Shown in pieces: positions 39,745-51,121 of a DNA stretch of 64,000 nt. Position 1 is the first letter of the stretch; every line of letters begins with the position of its first letter. A program made the position numbers and the translations under genes. Under the pieces are notes generated by a model that worked only from the letters and a program-made list of their open reading frames with translations, was not told where the DNA came from and searched no databases. The stretch lies in the IMG/VR virus record IMGVR_UViG_3300047650_000023, one strand, 5' to 3'. Origin of the DNA: a virus.

Positions 39745-40506
39745 TTATTGTAGTTTAGATACTATACCTTGTATACGTTTATTTGCCATATCACAATATG
39801 TAGTATCGTTTTCAAATCCTATAAAGTTTCTTTTTGTGTTTATACATGCAACAGCCGTACTTCCTGAACCAATACAATTATCAAGCACCAATTCATTCTC
39901 ATTTGTATATGTATTAACTAACCACTCTAAACACTCGACTGGTTTCTGTGTGGGATGAATCGTTGTTGACGGATGAGGCTTTTGAAATGTTAAAATTGAT
40001 TTTGGATATTTCAAATTTCCTTTAGTCTCTACAGCATCTAATTCGCCATAATTAGTATTCCTTGAAAAATCTTCTTGTGATTTACCAACTGCATTTCCTC
40101 GACTATGACATTCTTTACCTTCAACCATCTGAGGATTATATGTAGGTGGTTTTTTATAAAATACACAAATATCTTCGTGACTACGCATTGGCATCTTCTT
40201 TGCGTTTAAGAACCCACTTGGAAGAGCCTTATCCCATACAAGATTATATTTCCACATCTTTCTGTTGCTCTGCATCAAGTCTGCTGTAAACATACCATTT
40301 GCAAATAATACAATTGCTCCATCGTCTTTTATGATTCTTGTATATTGCTCCCATAGCGGTTGAAATGGTATAACTGTATCCCATTTATTTCTTGCAGTTT
40401 GACCATATGGAAGATCACATAATATCATATCAATTGATTTATTATTAATATTTTGCATACCAATTAGACAATCTTCATTATAAATTTTATTAATTTCTAA
40501 AATTAT
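39745..40506 (-). CDS. Beta-class amino (m6A/m4C) DNA methyltransferase; probable ATA start at 40506
   Basis: 'CDLPYG', 'HPTQKP', 'VLDNCIGSGST'; upstream frame adds 'ILEINKIYNEDCLIG' with AAGGAG 8 nt before ATA. Confidence 0.9.
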   Translation of the reverse strand: MILEINKIYNEDCLIGMQNINNKSIDMILCDLPYGQTARNKWDTVIPFQPLWEQYTRIIKDDGAIVLFANGMFTADLMQSNRKMWKYNLVWDKALPSGFLNAKKMPMRSHEDICVFYKKPPTYNPQMVEGKECHSRGNAVGKSQEDFSRNTNYGELDAVETKGNLKYPKSILTFQKPHPSTTIHPTQKPVECLEWLVNTYTNENELVLDNCIGSGSTAVACINTKRNFIGFENDTTYCDMANKRIQGIVSKLQ

Positions 40507-40573
40507 TAATCATTCTCCTTTAATTTATTGTTAAGCTCCAACTTCTAATCAAACTCTCAATTGGTTAGAACAT

Positions 40574-42826
40574 TTAAAAAACCAATTTAGGATGTGCTAT
40601 TTGATATAAACAATCCTGTAAATGAGTTTGTTTTTTATTAACCCCTTCTTGATTTACAGCCATTCTTAATGCACCTGTTTGAGCAATTAGGTCACATTTA
40701 ATTTTGGCGCGAGTAATAGCTGTATATAATAATTCTCTTGTTAATAATGAATATGATGAAAAATCAATTCCAAAAATTATATGGTCAAATTGTGAACCTT
40801 GACTTTTATGTACCGTAATGGCGTATCCTAATTCGATATTATTGACTTGTGTTCCTTCTACATATACTTTACCAATACCCATAAAATCAATTAACAATGC
40901 TTTATCTTCAGGATAAACTTCTTTTATAATACCTATATTACCATTGTAAATTGGAGGATTAGTTTTATAAGTGTTTTGAGTGTTAATTACTTTATCTCCT
41001 TGCCTCAGAACGGTTGCTTTACCTTGTGAATATACTTTGATTTCTAATTTGTTGTTGCTTGAAGGATTATACAATTCTTGTATTGTATTATTAATATTCC
41101 AAGTACATGCACTTCCATTGTTTTTGATAGGTACAATAATTTGAGTTTCCATAATATTAAAATTGTTTTGACTCATAGCTGTAGAAAACACTTGCATAAT
41201 CTTATAAAAAGTATTGTTTTTATCAGAATAACAATCCAAAGATAAATCTTGTAGTTCACCTAAAATTGCATTACCTGTCCAATCCTTTTCAATAATTTGT
41301 ATACCTTTTCTAATCTTTCTTGCTTCTGTAACAATTGCAGAAGCTTGTGCCTGTCTATGTACTTGACTAAGATATACCGTTGGAATTTCATCTGAATTAA
41401 TCATATCGCAAGCTATATTTCCACAACCGATAGATTCTAACTGTCCCATATCTCCCAAACAAATTAACTTTGCACCTGAAGGAATTGCTCTTAATAAATA
41501 ATAAAATAAGTAAGCATCCACCATAGATATTTCATCAAGAATTATAATATCTGCTAAAAGAGGATTCTCGTCATGATATGTAAAACCGTTTTTCCCATAT
41601 TCGCTTTTACAAGGATACCCTAACAATCTATGTATTGTATATCCTTCTTCTCCTGTAACTTCTGTCATACGGGATGATGCTCTACCAGACAAAGCACACT
41701 GTACATAAGAATAATTTTTCAAAATTTCAAGTAGTGCAGAAACTAATGACGTTTTCCCTGTACCTGCTTCACCATGAATTAAAGTAATATTATTTTCTAA
41801 AGCAGTTTTAACACCACCAACTTGTTCTTCATTAAAACTCCACCCCTGTCTATGCTCAACGTGTTTAATAGTATCTTCAAAGTTGGAATAAGTAATTTTT
41901 GTTTCTGCATTTTTTAATCGAATTAGTTCTTCTGCTATTTTTTCTTCTATATTAAAATACTTTTTTAAGCCAATTTTTGTCTTTTCTTCATTCCACCAAA
42001 GATTTTCGCCAATATAATTTATTGACTCTGTTATTTGACTATCTAGTATTTCTTCTCCAAGATTATCAATAATTGCTCCCATTAATTCGTCTGGCGAAAC
42101 CCAAGAACATCCATCTTGACCACTATCATCTAAATATTTAGTAATATAAGCTGAAATTCGTTCTATACTGTATTCATCCATACCCCCATCTAAAGCAATT
42201 TTATCTGCTGTTTTCCAACCTATTCCCTTAATTTCATTGCATAAAACATATGGGTTCTTAGTAACTTTTTCAATTATTAAGTCAGGAGATTTATATTTTT
42301 CCATAAGTCTTTGAACCATATTATTAGTTAAATTATATTTTTCTAGTTCAGTAAATATTTTAGCGATATGAATATTTTTATTAAATCTATCAATCCATCT
42401 TGCAGCAGTATCCATTCCGCAACCTTTTACTTTAACTAATGCAATAGCATCATTTTGTTTCAAATCTTCATATGGATTATCTAAAACTTTATACATATTA
42501 TTAATTTGATTCTCAGTAAATAATGTTGATAAAAATTTTTTTTGTCCAACCTTATCGTGTTCATCAAAAACAATAGCACTATAAATTGAAATAATATTAT
42601 ACTGTTTCCCATACCTAGGATCATCTATAAAATTACCAGTTACAACATAAGTGCTACCAATTTGTAACTTTGGCATATTTCCTTTAATAATTATATGATT
42701 ATATTTATTGGTTTTAGGATCACCTTCTTTAACTTTATCGATTGATACATCTGCTATTCCCCATTCATTATTGTAGTGTATAATACTTTCTACACTACAA
42801 ATCACCTTGATTTTGTCTTCTGCCAT
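40574..42826 (-). CDS. recD2: RecD2-like SF1B helicase
   Basis: 'GIGWKTADKIA', Walker A 'GEAGTGKT', 'DEISMVD', 'GDMGQLESI', 'YAITVHKSQGSQF'. Confidence 0.93.
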   Translation of the reverse strand: MAEDKIKVICSVESIIHYNNEWGIADVSIDKVKEGDPKTNKYNHIIIKGNMPKLQIGSTYVVTGNFIDDPRYGKQYNIISIYSAIVFDEHDKVGQKKFLSTLFTENQINNMYKVLDNPYEDLKQNDAIALVKVKGCGMDTAARWIDRFNKNIHIAKIFTELEKYNLTNNMVQRLMEKYKSPDLIIEKVTKNPYVLCNEIKGIGWKTADKIALDGGMDEYSIERISAYITKYLDDSGQDGCSWVSPDELMGAIIDNLGEEILDSQITESINYIGENLWWNEEKTKIGLKKYFNIEEKIAEELIRLKNAETKITYSNFEDTIKHVEHRQGWSFNEEQVGGVKTALENNITLIHGEAGTGKTSLVSALLEILKNYSYVQCALSGRASSRMTEVTGEEGYTIHRLLGYPCKSEYGKNGFTYHDENPLLADIIILDEISMVDAYLFYYLLRAIPSGAKLICLGDMGQLESIGCGNIACDMINSDEIPTVYLSQVHRQAQASAIVTEARKIRKGIQIIEKDWTGNAILGELQDLSLDCYSDKNNTFYKIMQVFSTAMSQNNFNIMETQIIVPIKNNGSACTWNINNTIQELYNPSSNNKLEIKVYSQGKATVLRQGDKVINTQNTYKTNPPIYNGNIGIIKEVYPEDKALLIDFMGIGKVYVEGTQVNNIELGYAITVHKSQGSQFDHIIFGIDFSSYSLLTRELLYTAITRAKIKCDLIAQTGALRMAVNQEGVNKKQTHLQDCLYQIAHPKLVF

Positions 42827-42847
42827 ATAATACCTCTATGTCTTTCT

Positions 42848-45800
42848 TCATATTTTTGCTCTTTCTGATTGAAGTAGCATTGTTCCGTCATCATATACTT
42901 CTTGTATCTTATTACAAGTATGTGTATAAATAGTGTCCTTATAAATCATAGGTCTAAATATCTCATCTCTTCTGATTCCTGCTACAACAATTTTTGAACC
43001 TCTACTTAACCAACTTTTCTCCAAAACAGTTTTCTTTTCACTATTTTTATCTAATTGCGCTGATATTTGTTTGTTGTAAAAAGCATAATGTCCTTTATTA
43101 AATTTTACATGAACTGCACCATATTTTGTCAACAATGTAACCATATAATGCAAATTATCTGCATTTAAAATTGTACCAGCTATACGACATATTTTATATT
43201 TGGGTAACACTCTTTTTTCATTGTCAATGTATCGAGTATAATAATCATATATTTCTGGTTCTGTTGGCAACTCAAAGAAATTAACTATGCCATACATTTG
43301 TTCATCAATATGTTCCAATTCATGTTCACCATCATAATAGCAGAGAGATTTCATAGACCATTCTGGTAATTTTCCTGAAGCATACTGTTTCCAAATTTGT
43401 TGATATATTGCATCATTATATGATTCTAATGCTTTTTCTGTTAAGAACCATTCTTTCAATGTCTCTATTTTTTCATCTACTTCTTTTGTAAAAAGCTTTT
43501 CAGATACTATATAATAATCTCCTTTGGTTTTAACTACAGAATCTTCAGTAAAATACTCTTTAAAGAAAGGTTGAGAATTAGAATCTAGTAAATAATAACC
43601 ATCATGATAACCTCTCTTTGGTATTTTTTTATTTTCATCTATATACCTTTCACATAATGCTATTTCATTTAAAACATACTTTTTGAAATTAACCATTTTT
43701 ATTGACAACTTCAATTGTTCAGGAATAATATTCATTTCTTGCATCTTTTGAAATTGTTGCATTGATAACTTATCGCATGAAGTAAAAATATACTTACTTA
43801 AAAACCATTCCATTGTTTCTATTCTATTTTTAGAATGTAATTCTGTAAAACACCCACCTTTAATTAATTGTACCATTTGTGATGTTTTAACCAATTTAGT
43901 TTCAATCAATTTTTCACAGAAATCTTCTAATGAATTATATGGTTGATTTTTTATAATAATTTGAGATACTTCATCTCCTATACCATTCATACCTTTGAAT
44001 CCATAAATAATACGATTGTTTTCTATATCTACTTTGAATTTAAAAGAAGCTGAATTGATTAAAGGCAATTCAATTTTTACCTTTTCTTTTTGCACATTAG
44101 CAATTGCAATAGCTATTTTACCATAATTTGTTGTACCTTTATTATCTTCATCAATAGAACCAGAATCAACAATTAAATTCGCTGTTTGCCAATAGATAGG
44201 ATTATATTTATAACATAAATTTAGTTCTTGTAAGCCAATAAGAGAATAGGCAAGCGTGTGGCTGCGGTTAAAACCATATCCTCGCTGTGTACTAATCAAT
44301 ACATTCCAAACATAGTCAGTTAAATTTTTTGACAAAGCCTTTTTCTTTGCGTTCTCAAAAAATTCTTGCTCTAATTGTAAAAATTCTTTTGGCTTTTTTT
44401 TTGCCACAGCTTTTCTTAATTTATCTCCCCATGTCAACGAAAAACCGCCAATTTTAGGATGTTGAGTTAAAAGGACTAAATATTCTTGTGCTTCACATAT
44501 ACCAAAAGAAATTCCAATAATATCTTTCAATATTTCTTGCTCATCTTGTGTAAGTCCATGATCACTCATTTCTTGATACCATGCATTAATATCCTGTCTA
44601 AAACGTGCGTATTTTTGCAATGGAGATTCGCCATTTTTTTCAGAAGCCATCAGTCTCATAACTGAATTGATAGTTGCCAATTCATCAACAGATTGAGGTT
44701 GCGCTAATGATACAGCTTGAACACCACTTTCTTTTTCCATTTGGAAGAAAGACATTACTTTATGTTCCCATAACATACTCCACATATCTTTAGATTGACG
44801 TTCCAAAGTATATATTCCTATATATTTTTCATACGTCTTTTTTAAACTTCCTTGCCATTCAATAATGTTATATTCAAGTAATAATTCTAAGCAACTTTGA
44901 ATTTTATCTAAAGCATCTATGCACAATAAATCAACCTTAATCAAAGAGCAATCTTCGCACATATGTAAATCAAATTGTGTAATAACATCACCTGAATTGG
45001 TTTTCATCAATGCAGTAGATTCTGTAAACGGCTTATCAACAAGAATTATGCCACCTGCATGTGAGCCTACTCCATTAACCAATCCTTCAATTTTTTGTGC
45101 TACTTTCCAAAGTTCAGGATACCTATTCATTTCAGTTACAAACTCTACTACAGGTTTATTATCTTCATCGCCATAATACATTTGAGATAATGTTCTAAGC
45201 ATACCTCTATCAGAAACAATTAAGGAGCTGATATACTGTGCAACATCATTATCAATTTTCAAACCTCTAGCAGCAGTTAAAATAGCACTTCTACTTTTTT
45301 CAGTAGATAAAGTCATAACTTTACTAATTCGATCTTCACCATATGTATTTTTCAATGCCTGTATTACAACTTCTCGTTTAGAACCACAGATGTCTATATC
45401 TATATCAAGAACTGATGCTCTTTCTGGATTTAAAAATCTCCACGGATAAACTTTAGTTTGTTCTCTTAATGGATTTATTTGTGTAATACCTAATATATGT
45501 AGTAAACAAAAACCTACCCCTGATCCACGACCTGCTCCGACAAGTGTTCCAGCGTTCCATGCTATATTTACGAAATCAGCGATTTGTAGTAAATATGCTG
45601 ACCATCTTACTTTCATTTTTTCTGATGATAACTGTATAGAACTTAAACACTCATTAATTTTGTCATACCCTTCTTGTGTCTGATAATATTTATCTGTATC
45701 GATATAACTTATAATCTCTCTAATTAAATGCCTATCGCAATCATATTTTGAAGTATAAAAAGATTCTAATAATTCTATTTTATCCTTATACTTTGTATAT

Positions 45801-46777
45801 AATTCAATATTAGGTTCTGATATATTCAATGGTACATATGGTATTTCTAATTCTTTAGTTAAATCATAATCTTGCGCCATTGAATATATCAACATTGTAT
45901 TGTCTATGCCTTGCTGAACTACATCTCTACCATAGTATTCATCCATATATTCATGAATTTCATTTTCACTCATAATATAAGTAGTAGAATAAAAATTATC
46001 AACTTCTCTATCACCATCTTGAGATTCAAGATAAATTTTATGAATTTCTCTATCTTCTTTTTTTAAGTAATGTGAATCAGTTGTTATAATATATGAAGTG
46101 TCTGTTTCTTTAGCAAGTTGAAGTAATTTTTCATTAACATATATTTGTTCTTCCATATGAGAAGGTTGAAGTTCCAAAAAGAAATATCCTTTCCCAAATA
46201 TCTCTATCATATAAGAAATCCAATCTTTACACGATTGCCATATTTCTTGATATTCAGCTTTATTACTTTCAATATTTTTATATTCCAATAGACGATGTGG
46301 GAGAGCACCACCAAGACAGGCTGAACTTGCCACAACATCGCCTTTATAGGAATACATAATGTTTTCTAAATCTTCGTAATAAGTAGGTACACGCATCATT
46401 ACGTTCATAAATGATTGTGACCACGCTTTAGTACTCAATTCCCTAATGCATTTATGTCCATTTGCATTTAATGCTACAAGAATAAAATGTGGGTATTTAT
46501 TATTTTTTTTATTCTCGGCAACAACATCATCTGTACATAGATAAATTTCATTTCCTAAAAGGACTTTAAAATCTTTCCATTCTTCTTGCTCTTTTTTCTT
46601 ATGATAATATTTTAAGGCATCCAATGATGATGTAATAGATTCATGCTCTGTAAAACAAATGCCATTATGTCCTAAAGCAAAGGCGTAATCAATCATTTCA
46701 GGAATCTTATTGATAGAATCCCGTATTCTTAAATTACTTCCTTCTGCGCTATGATTATGTATTCCTATAAAAGCCAT
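42848..46777 (-). CDS. dnaE: DNA polymerase III alpha subunit (family C) with PHP domain
   Basis: 'HNHS', 'FTEHE', 'TTDSHY', 'GAGRGSG.G', 'NPERASVLDIDID', 'YGFNRSHTLAYS'. Confidence 0.96.
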   Translation of the reverse strand: MAFIGIHNHSAEGSNLRIRDSINKIPEMIDYAFALGHNGICFTEHESITSSLDALKYYHKKKEQEEWKDFKVLLGNEIYLCTDDVVAENKKNNKYPHFILVALNANGHKCIRELSTKAWSQSFMNVMMRVPTYYEDLENIMYSYKGDVVASSACLGGALPHRLLEYKNIESNKAEYQEIWQSCKDWISYMIEIFGKGYFFLELQPSHMEEQIYVNEKLLQLAKETDTSYIITTDSHYLKKEDREIHKIYLESQDGDREVDNFYSTTYIMSENEIHEYMDEYYGRDVVQQGIDNTMLIYSMAQDYDLTKELEIPYVPLNISEPNIELYTKYKDKIELLESFYTSKYDCDRHLIREIISYIDTDKYYQTQEGYDKINECLSSIQLSSEKMKVRWSAYLLQIADFVNIAWNAGTLVGAGRGSGVGFCLLHILGITQINPLREQTKVYPWRFLNPERASVLDIDIDICGSKREVVIQALKNTYGEDRISKVMTLSTEKSRSAILTAARGLKIDNDVAQYISSLIVSDRGMLRTLSQMYYGDEDNKPVVEFVTEMNRYPELWKVAQKIEGLVNGVGSHAGGIILVDKPFTESTALMKTNSGDVITQFDLHMCEDCSLIKVDLLCIDALDKIQSCLELLLEYNIIEWQGSLKKTYEKYIGIYTLERQSKDMWSMLWEHKVMSFFQMEKESGVQAVSLAQPQSVDELATINSVMRLMASEKNGESPLQKYARFRQDINAWYQEMSDHGLTQDEQEILKDIIGISFGICEAQEYLVLLTQHPKIGGFSLTWGDKLRKAVAKKKPKEFLQLEQEFFENAKKKALSKNLTDYVWNVLISTQRGYGFNRSHTLAYSLIGLQELNLCYKYNPIYWQTANLIVDSGSIDEDNKGTTNYGKIAIAIANVQKEKVKIELPLINSASFKFKVDIENNRIIYGFKGMNGIGDEVSQIIIKNQPYNSLEDFCEKLIETKLVKTSQMVQLIKGGCFTELHSKNRIETMEWFLSKYIFTSCDKLSMQQFQKMQEMNIIPEQLKLSIKMVNFKKYVLNEIALCERYIDENKKIPKRGYHDGYYLLDSNSQPFFKEYFTEDSVVKTKGDYYIVSEKLFTKEVDEKIETLKEWFLTEKALESYNDAIYQQIWKQYASGKLPEWSMKSLCYYDGEHELEHIDEQMYGIVNFFELPTEPEIYDYYTRYIDNEKRVLPKYKICRIAGTILNADNLHYMVTLLTKYGAVHVKFNKGHYAFYNKQISAQLDKNSEKKTVLEKSWLSRGSKIVVAGIRRDEIFRPMIYKDTIYTHTCNKIQEVYDDGTMLLQSERAKI

Positions 46778-46787
46778 ATTTCACCTC

Positions 46788-47756
46788 TTAAAAAATTAAC
46801 TTTCTAGTTGTTTGCTGTTTATTATTATCTAATGCATTCCATTTCATATTTGTATTAAAAGTTTTTTCTGTAGGAGTCCACAATGAAAAATAGTCGCAAG
46901 CAGTCTGATATTCCATTGCTGAAGGATTGTTCCTGCAAAATGAACACCAATAACATAACGGAGTTGGAGAAGGAGTAAATACCTTTTCATCCTCATTCTT
47001 CTTTATATTTATAAACAATTTATCCAATGCCTTAATTAACCGCTTTTCATACCCTTTTGTTAATGCCATTTGATTTTGATTTAACAATATAAAATGATAT
47101 TCAGATTGTATAGGTAGTTTTTTAAATTCATTTAATATAGCTAAAGCATAAATACCAAATTGTAATGATGTTGCTAACTTTGGATTATCATATATCTTCT
47201 TAGATGTTTTATAATCTATTGTTCTATATTCTAATTCTCCATTTGAATCTATTCTTGTATCAATCCTATCAATAAATCCTTTTAGAATAATTTGATTATC
47301 CCATACAAATTTAAATGGGTATTCAAAAAAGGTTGGCATCCATTCCGTATCTTCCATTTCGATTTGAATGACTTGTTTAAATATATTCATCTTTTCATCA
47401 TAAGTCATTCCAGATGCATTATCTTTTTCATACCAAGTTTCAAAATATTTTTTCTTTAATGCATTGATTCCAATTAATTTATTATCTTCTGTTCCATTGC
47501 ATAATATATTATATAATGAATCATAGTTTGTACATAATTTATTTGTTTTATTTTTTCCTTTTGTCTCAAGGACATAATGACATAAACTACCCAATTCTAA
47601 TGCCAAACTTGTTTCTTTTGTAAACTGTTTATCAATATATTTTAATTTGTATTGCATCGGACAATTCTTATACACTTCTAATTTACTATAAGAAAACACT
47701 GGTAATTGTTTATCTTCCTCTGTTACTGGTCTAATTTTATTTTCTAGTTCTTGCAA
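46788..47756 (-). CDS. PD-(D/E)xK RecB/AddB-like nuclease
   Basis: 'FSYSKL..YKNCP..Y', 'GFIDRID', 'IDYKTS', 'QFGIYA', 'LCYWCSF'. Confidence 0.85.
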   Translation of the reverse strand: MQELENKIRPVTEEDKQLPVFSYSKLEVYKNCPMQYKLKYIDKQFTKETSLALELGSLCHYVLETKGKNKTNKLCTNYDSLYNILCNGTEDNKLIGINALKKKYFETWYEKDNASGMTYDEKMNIFKQVIQIEMEDTEWMPTFFEYPFKFVWDNQIILKGFIDRIDTRIDSNGELEYRTIDYKTSKKIYDNPKLATSLQFGIYALAILNEFKKLPIQSEYHFILLNQNQMALTKGYEKRLIKALDKLFINIKKNEDEKVFTPSPTPLCYWCSFCRNNPSAMEYQTACDYFSLWTPTEKTFNTNMKWNALDNNKQQTTRKLIF

Positions 47757-48902
47757 TTAATCACATCCTTTTAATACTCTATTTACTTCATCCATTGTAA
47801 TTACAATTTTCTCATCAAATAATTGCATTAATATATCTTTTCCTCGATCAGTAGGACTATCTTTGTATTTTAATCTATCTCCATGATCAAGCAAAAAGCA
47901 TACCTTGCAATAAGGCACTATGTTACTAACCTTTTTTACTAATTTATTATAATATATTTCTGCTTCAAAAGAATTTGCTTCATGATATTCTCTATCAAAT
48001 GCAATTATTATTTCCTCACATTGTAGATATTGCAATAATAATTTTTGTTGCGTCAAAGTTATATTGCTTCCACAGGTTGCTAATACAAATGAATCATCTC
48101 CAAAGTAAGTGTAATTTTGTAAACAACCTTTTTCAGATTCTACAATCATTACTTTTTTAATTTTTTTAATTTTTTCCTGCGTCACATTGATTCCATAAAA
48201 ATTAGAACCAAGTTGATGACTTAAAAATTTACCTCCTATTTGTAAAGGTACATATTTACCAATTGCTTCAATATCATCTTCATCTAAATACCTTCCTCTT
48301 ATTCCAATTAGACGATTGTTTTTATCTCTATGAGGTATCGTTATTTGATTGGTTAATCCATAATAACCAATTTCATATTGGCTAAGAGCTTCTCGCGAGA
48401 TATTATTATTTAGCCATTCTGTATGTGGTGCATAATAGAAACTTTCAAGAATATTTTCATTAATTTCTGTTAGATTCGGAATTTCTTTTTTATTTTTATT
48501 AATGCTCTTTAACTTATCAATCCATTCAAAATCATTTATAATATTCTTAGGAACTTCAATTGTTTCTCCTAAAATGATTTTGTTCGTTTTTTGCGCTATG
48601 TATTGTAAAGCTTTAAACCATGTAATTGTTCTTCCTTTTGCTCTATTGGCTCTGATAACCAATTCAATAATATTGAAAGAATCACTACACTTTGAGTAAC
48701 AATGAAATACTTTTCCTTTGTATTCATTAGTTGGTTCATGATAGTAATATAATTTCCACGAATCAGAACCATGACAAACAGATTGAAAAATCAAATCTCC
48801 TTCAGTATTAGTTTTCGGTAATGCTGAACCCAAACTTGTAACTACACTAATAACATCTTCTTTAGTCAGTGAAGCAAGTATTTTATCTTTATTTAAATAC
48901 AT
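47757..48902 (-). CDS. Phage DNA primase-like protein (Zn-binding plus Toprim)
   Basis: 'VCH...FHCYSKC', 'IPHRD..NRLIGIRGR', 'IVESEKG', 'IIAFDRE', 'KDSPTD'. Confidence 0.85.
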   Translation of the reverse strand: MYLNKDKILASLTKEDVISVVTSLGSALPKTNTEGDLIFQSVCHGSDSWKLYYYHEPTNEYKGKVFHCYSKCSDSFNIIELVIRANRAKGRTITWFKALQYIAQKTNKIILGETIEVPKNIINDFEWIDKLKSINKNKKEIPNLTEINENILESFYYAPHTEWLNNNISREALSQYEIGYYGLTNQITIPHRDKNNRLIGIRGRYLDEDDIEAIGKYVPLQIGGKFLSHQLGSNFYGINVTQEKIKKIKKVMIVESEKGCLQNYTYFGDDSFVLATCGSNITLTQQKLLLQYLQCEEIIIAFDREYHEANSFEAEIYYNKLVKKVSNIVPYCKVCFLLDHGDRLKYKDSPTDRGKDILMQLFDEKIVITMDEVNRVLKGCD

Positions 48903-48911
48903 ATTTCACCC

Positions 48912-50528
48912 CTAAAAATCCAATTTGTAATGAGTAGTGTTTTCTTCTTCTGTAACTGGTTCATCAGCAACTTCTCTAATTTTAATTGAATGCTCTTCTA
49001 TGACTTTTTCAACATGCTCTATTTTTGTAAAATCCATATCGATTAAATCAAAATTAACAGTTGTTACAAATAAATCTTTAACCCTAATTGTACCTAAATC
49101 GTAATAACTCCAAATGACTACTCTTGTAATACGTCCTCTACGTATTTTGTAAATCCAAGTACACATATTCGGTACTGGACAAGCAACAATTTTATGTGTA
49201 ATAACTTCTACCTTTTTTAATTCTGCTTTTGTTGGAGGCATACAAATAAAACCGACATCTAATTTATTAGCCAATGCTTTTGCACCTGATAATAAATTTT
49301 GATCTTTTACAGTAGCGTTATTTGCTTCTCCATTAAGCTGTGAGGCTGTAAAAATAAATATATTTAATTGCTGACATAGCGTTTTCAATTCTGTTGCAAA
49401 TACAAGCAATAATTGATGTTCTTTAAGTCCCATTCCAGATTTACCATTAACTTCTGACATCAAACGTAATGAACTATGTATATAATCAAAAAAGAAATAT
49501 TCTACGCCATTCTCTCTATTATATTTTTTTATGATATTTTGAATATCTTCAATAGAGAAATCTGGTATATGACAAATGAATAAAGGACTTGACTTAATAT
49601 ACTGATTTGCTAAACGTACTCTTTCTATTTCACCTTTTTCATATTCTCCATATAAAATATGTTCTTCATTTACTCCACTGACTATTGCTATTAGAATTGT
49701 TTGAATTTCATCTGGTGTCATTTCAGTTGTTATATATAAACATGGCTCTGAAATTCCTGTATGAACCCATTTATTTTGATCTAAGTCATAATAATATGGA
49801 ACAGCAAATTTACAAGCATCTCCTGCTGCCATACGTGATTTACCACCGCCTTGTGGACAGGAACGCATATATAAGCAACCTTTTCGTGCTCCTCTTGTAA
49901 CAGTGTTTAAAGCCATCGAATTTAAAGGGATACCAACATCTGGCTCTTTCATTAAATTATCAACAAGTTCATCCAATCCACTACCTGCTTGACAATCTGT
50001 AGTTAATGTACTATTGCAATATTTCATAGATGGAATTGTTACCATGCTATTCTCAGTTAATCCAATGATATCTACTTCTGTATAATTATCAAATCTTTGT
50101 TGTTCTTGTTCTGCTGTTTTTACATCTACTATAGTACTATCATAGATTTTTCTTGTATCTTGTCCTTCATCCTCATAGTATCTTAAAAGAGAATACTTCC
50201 GCAAACGATGATAGAAATAATCATAATTATCCATACTAGACATTTCTTTAGCAGATGATAGATATTCTATACCCTTATTATTTTGAAAAATTTCATATTG
50301 TTCATGATATGTAGACAAATAAGAATCTATAGAAAATTCATCAATTGTGGCACAACCTTGTGCATGTAAATTATAAATAGTTACAAACAATAACTCATAA
50401 AAAGCTTCTGTATTAAAATCAGTTCTGTCTAAAGGTCTTTCTATATCATCTAAGAGATTTGGATCTTGTAATAAACAACCAAAAGTGTTTAAGTAGGATC
50501 TTTTACAAAACAACCCTTTATCACTCAA
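48912..50528 (-). CDS. dnaB: DnaB-like replicative helicase
   Basis: 'RSCPQGGGKSR', 'LYITTEM', 'FFFDYI', 'TASQLN', 'GAKALANKLD'. Confidence 0.85.
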   Translation of the reverse strand: MSDKGLFCKRSYLNTFGCLLQDPNLLDDIERPLDRTDFNTEAFYELLFVTIYNLHAQGCATIDEFSIDSYLSTYHEQYEIFQNNKGIEYLSSAKEMSSMDNYDYFYHRLRKYSLLRYYEDEGQDTRKIYDSTIVDVKTAEQEQQRFDNYTEVDIIGLTENSMVTIPSMKYCNSTLTTDCQAGSGLDELVDNLMKEPDVGIPLNSMALNTVTRGARKGCLYMRSCPQGGGKSRMAAGDACKFAVPYYYDLDQNKWVHTGISEPCLYITTEMTPDEIQTILIAIVSGVNEEHILYGEYEKGEIERVRLANQYIKSSPLFICHIPDFSIEDIQNIIKKYNRENGVEYFFFDYIHSSLRLMSEVNGKSGMGLKEHQLLLVFATELKTLCQQLNIFIFTASQLNGEANNATVKDQNLLSGAKALANKLDVGFICMPPTKAELKKVEVITHKIVACPVPNMCTWIYKIRRGRITRVVIWSYYDLGTIRVKDLFVTTVNFDLIDMDFTKIEHVEKVIEEHSIKIREVADEPVTEEENTTHYKLDF

Positions 50529-50539
50529 TAGTCACTCAC

Positions 50540-51118
50540 CTACTTTCCAACAATTGATGTAATATCTAATTGAATAATTTTTTTTTGTTTAGGTGCAATT
50601 TTTATGGTCTTTTCTTTATACATACCTGACAAAGAAATCTCATTATTATTATTATTGATTTTCTGTACGGATATATAATATTGCTTGGCTTCTTCGTAAT
50701 AATATGGAATAATACCTACAATGTCACCAACTAACTCTTTATCCATTATTTCTTTTAAATATACCAACGTTAAATACATCCCTTTGAAAGTGAAATTATA
50801 TTTTTTAATATAGTCATCTGACAATACATAAATTTTAGGAGATAATTGAACATCAGTTATTAATTGCTTTACATAAGCATAATATTCTTTTTTATCTTGG
50901 TATTCTTCCTCTGATAAAGATAATTTTAATTCGGCTCTAATTGTTTTGCTTTTTTTATTCTCTGTTTTATTGGTATCATCTAAATGTTCAACCTTACTTT
51001 TTTGTAGGGCTTTCATTGCTATATTAAAACAATTAGTATGGGCAGAGCGTCCCTTATAAGGAACGCTCTCTCCATCACTAATTACTTCACCACAAATTAC
51101 ACATTTTTTATATGCCAT
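50540..51118 (-). CDS. Replication-associated protein, possible helicase loader
   Basis: N-terminal 'CVICG...H..C'; position next to the helicase. Confidence 0.5.
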   Translation of the reverse strand: MAYKKCVICGEVISDGESVPYKGRSAHTNCFNIAMKALQKSKVEHLDDTNKTENKKSKTIRAELKLSLSEEEYQDKKEYYAYVKQLITDVQLSPKIYVLSDDYIKKYNFTFKGMYLTLVYLKEIMDKELVGDIVGIIPYYYEEAKQYYISVQKINNNNNEISLSGMYKEKTIKIAPKQKKIIQLDITSIVGK

Positions 51119-51121
51119 AAT

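Noticed and set aside
16458-46777. Inteins or group I/II introns in nrdD, ligA, recD2 or dnaE
   Set aside because: Each is a single ORF of normal family length with no intein junction motifs or embedded endonuclease noticed.
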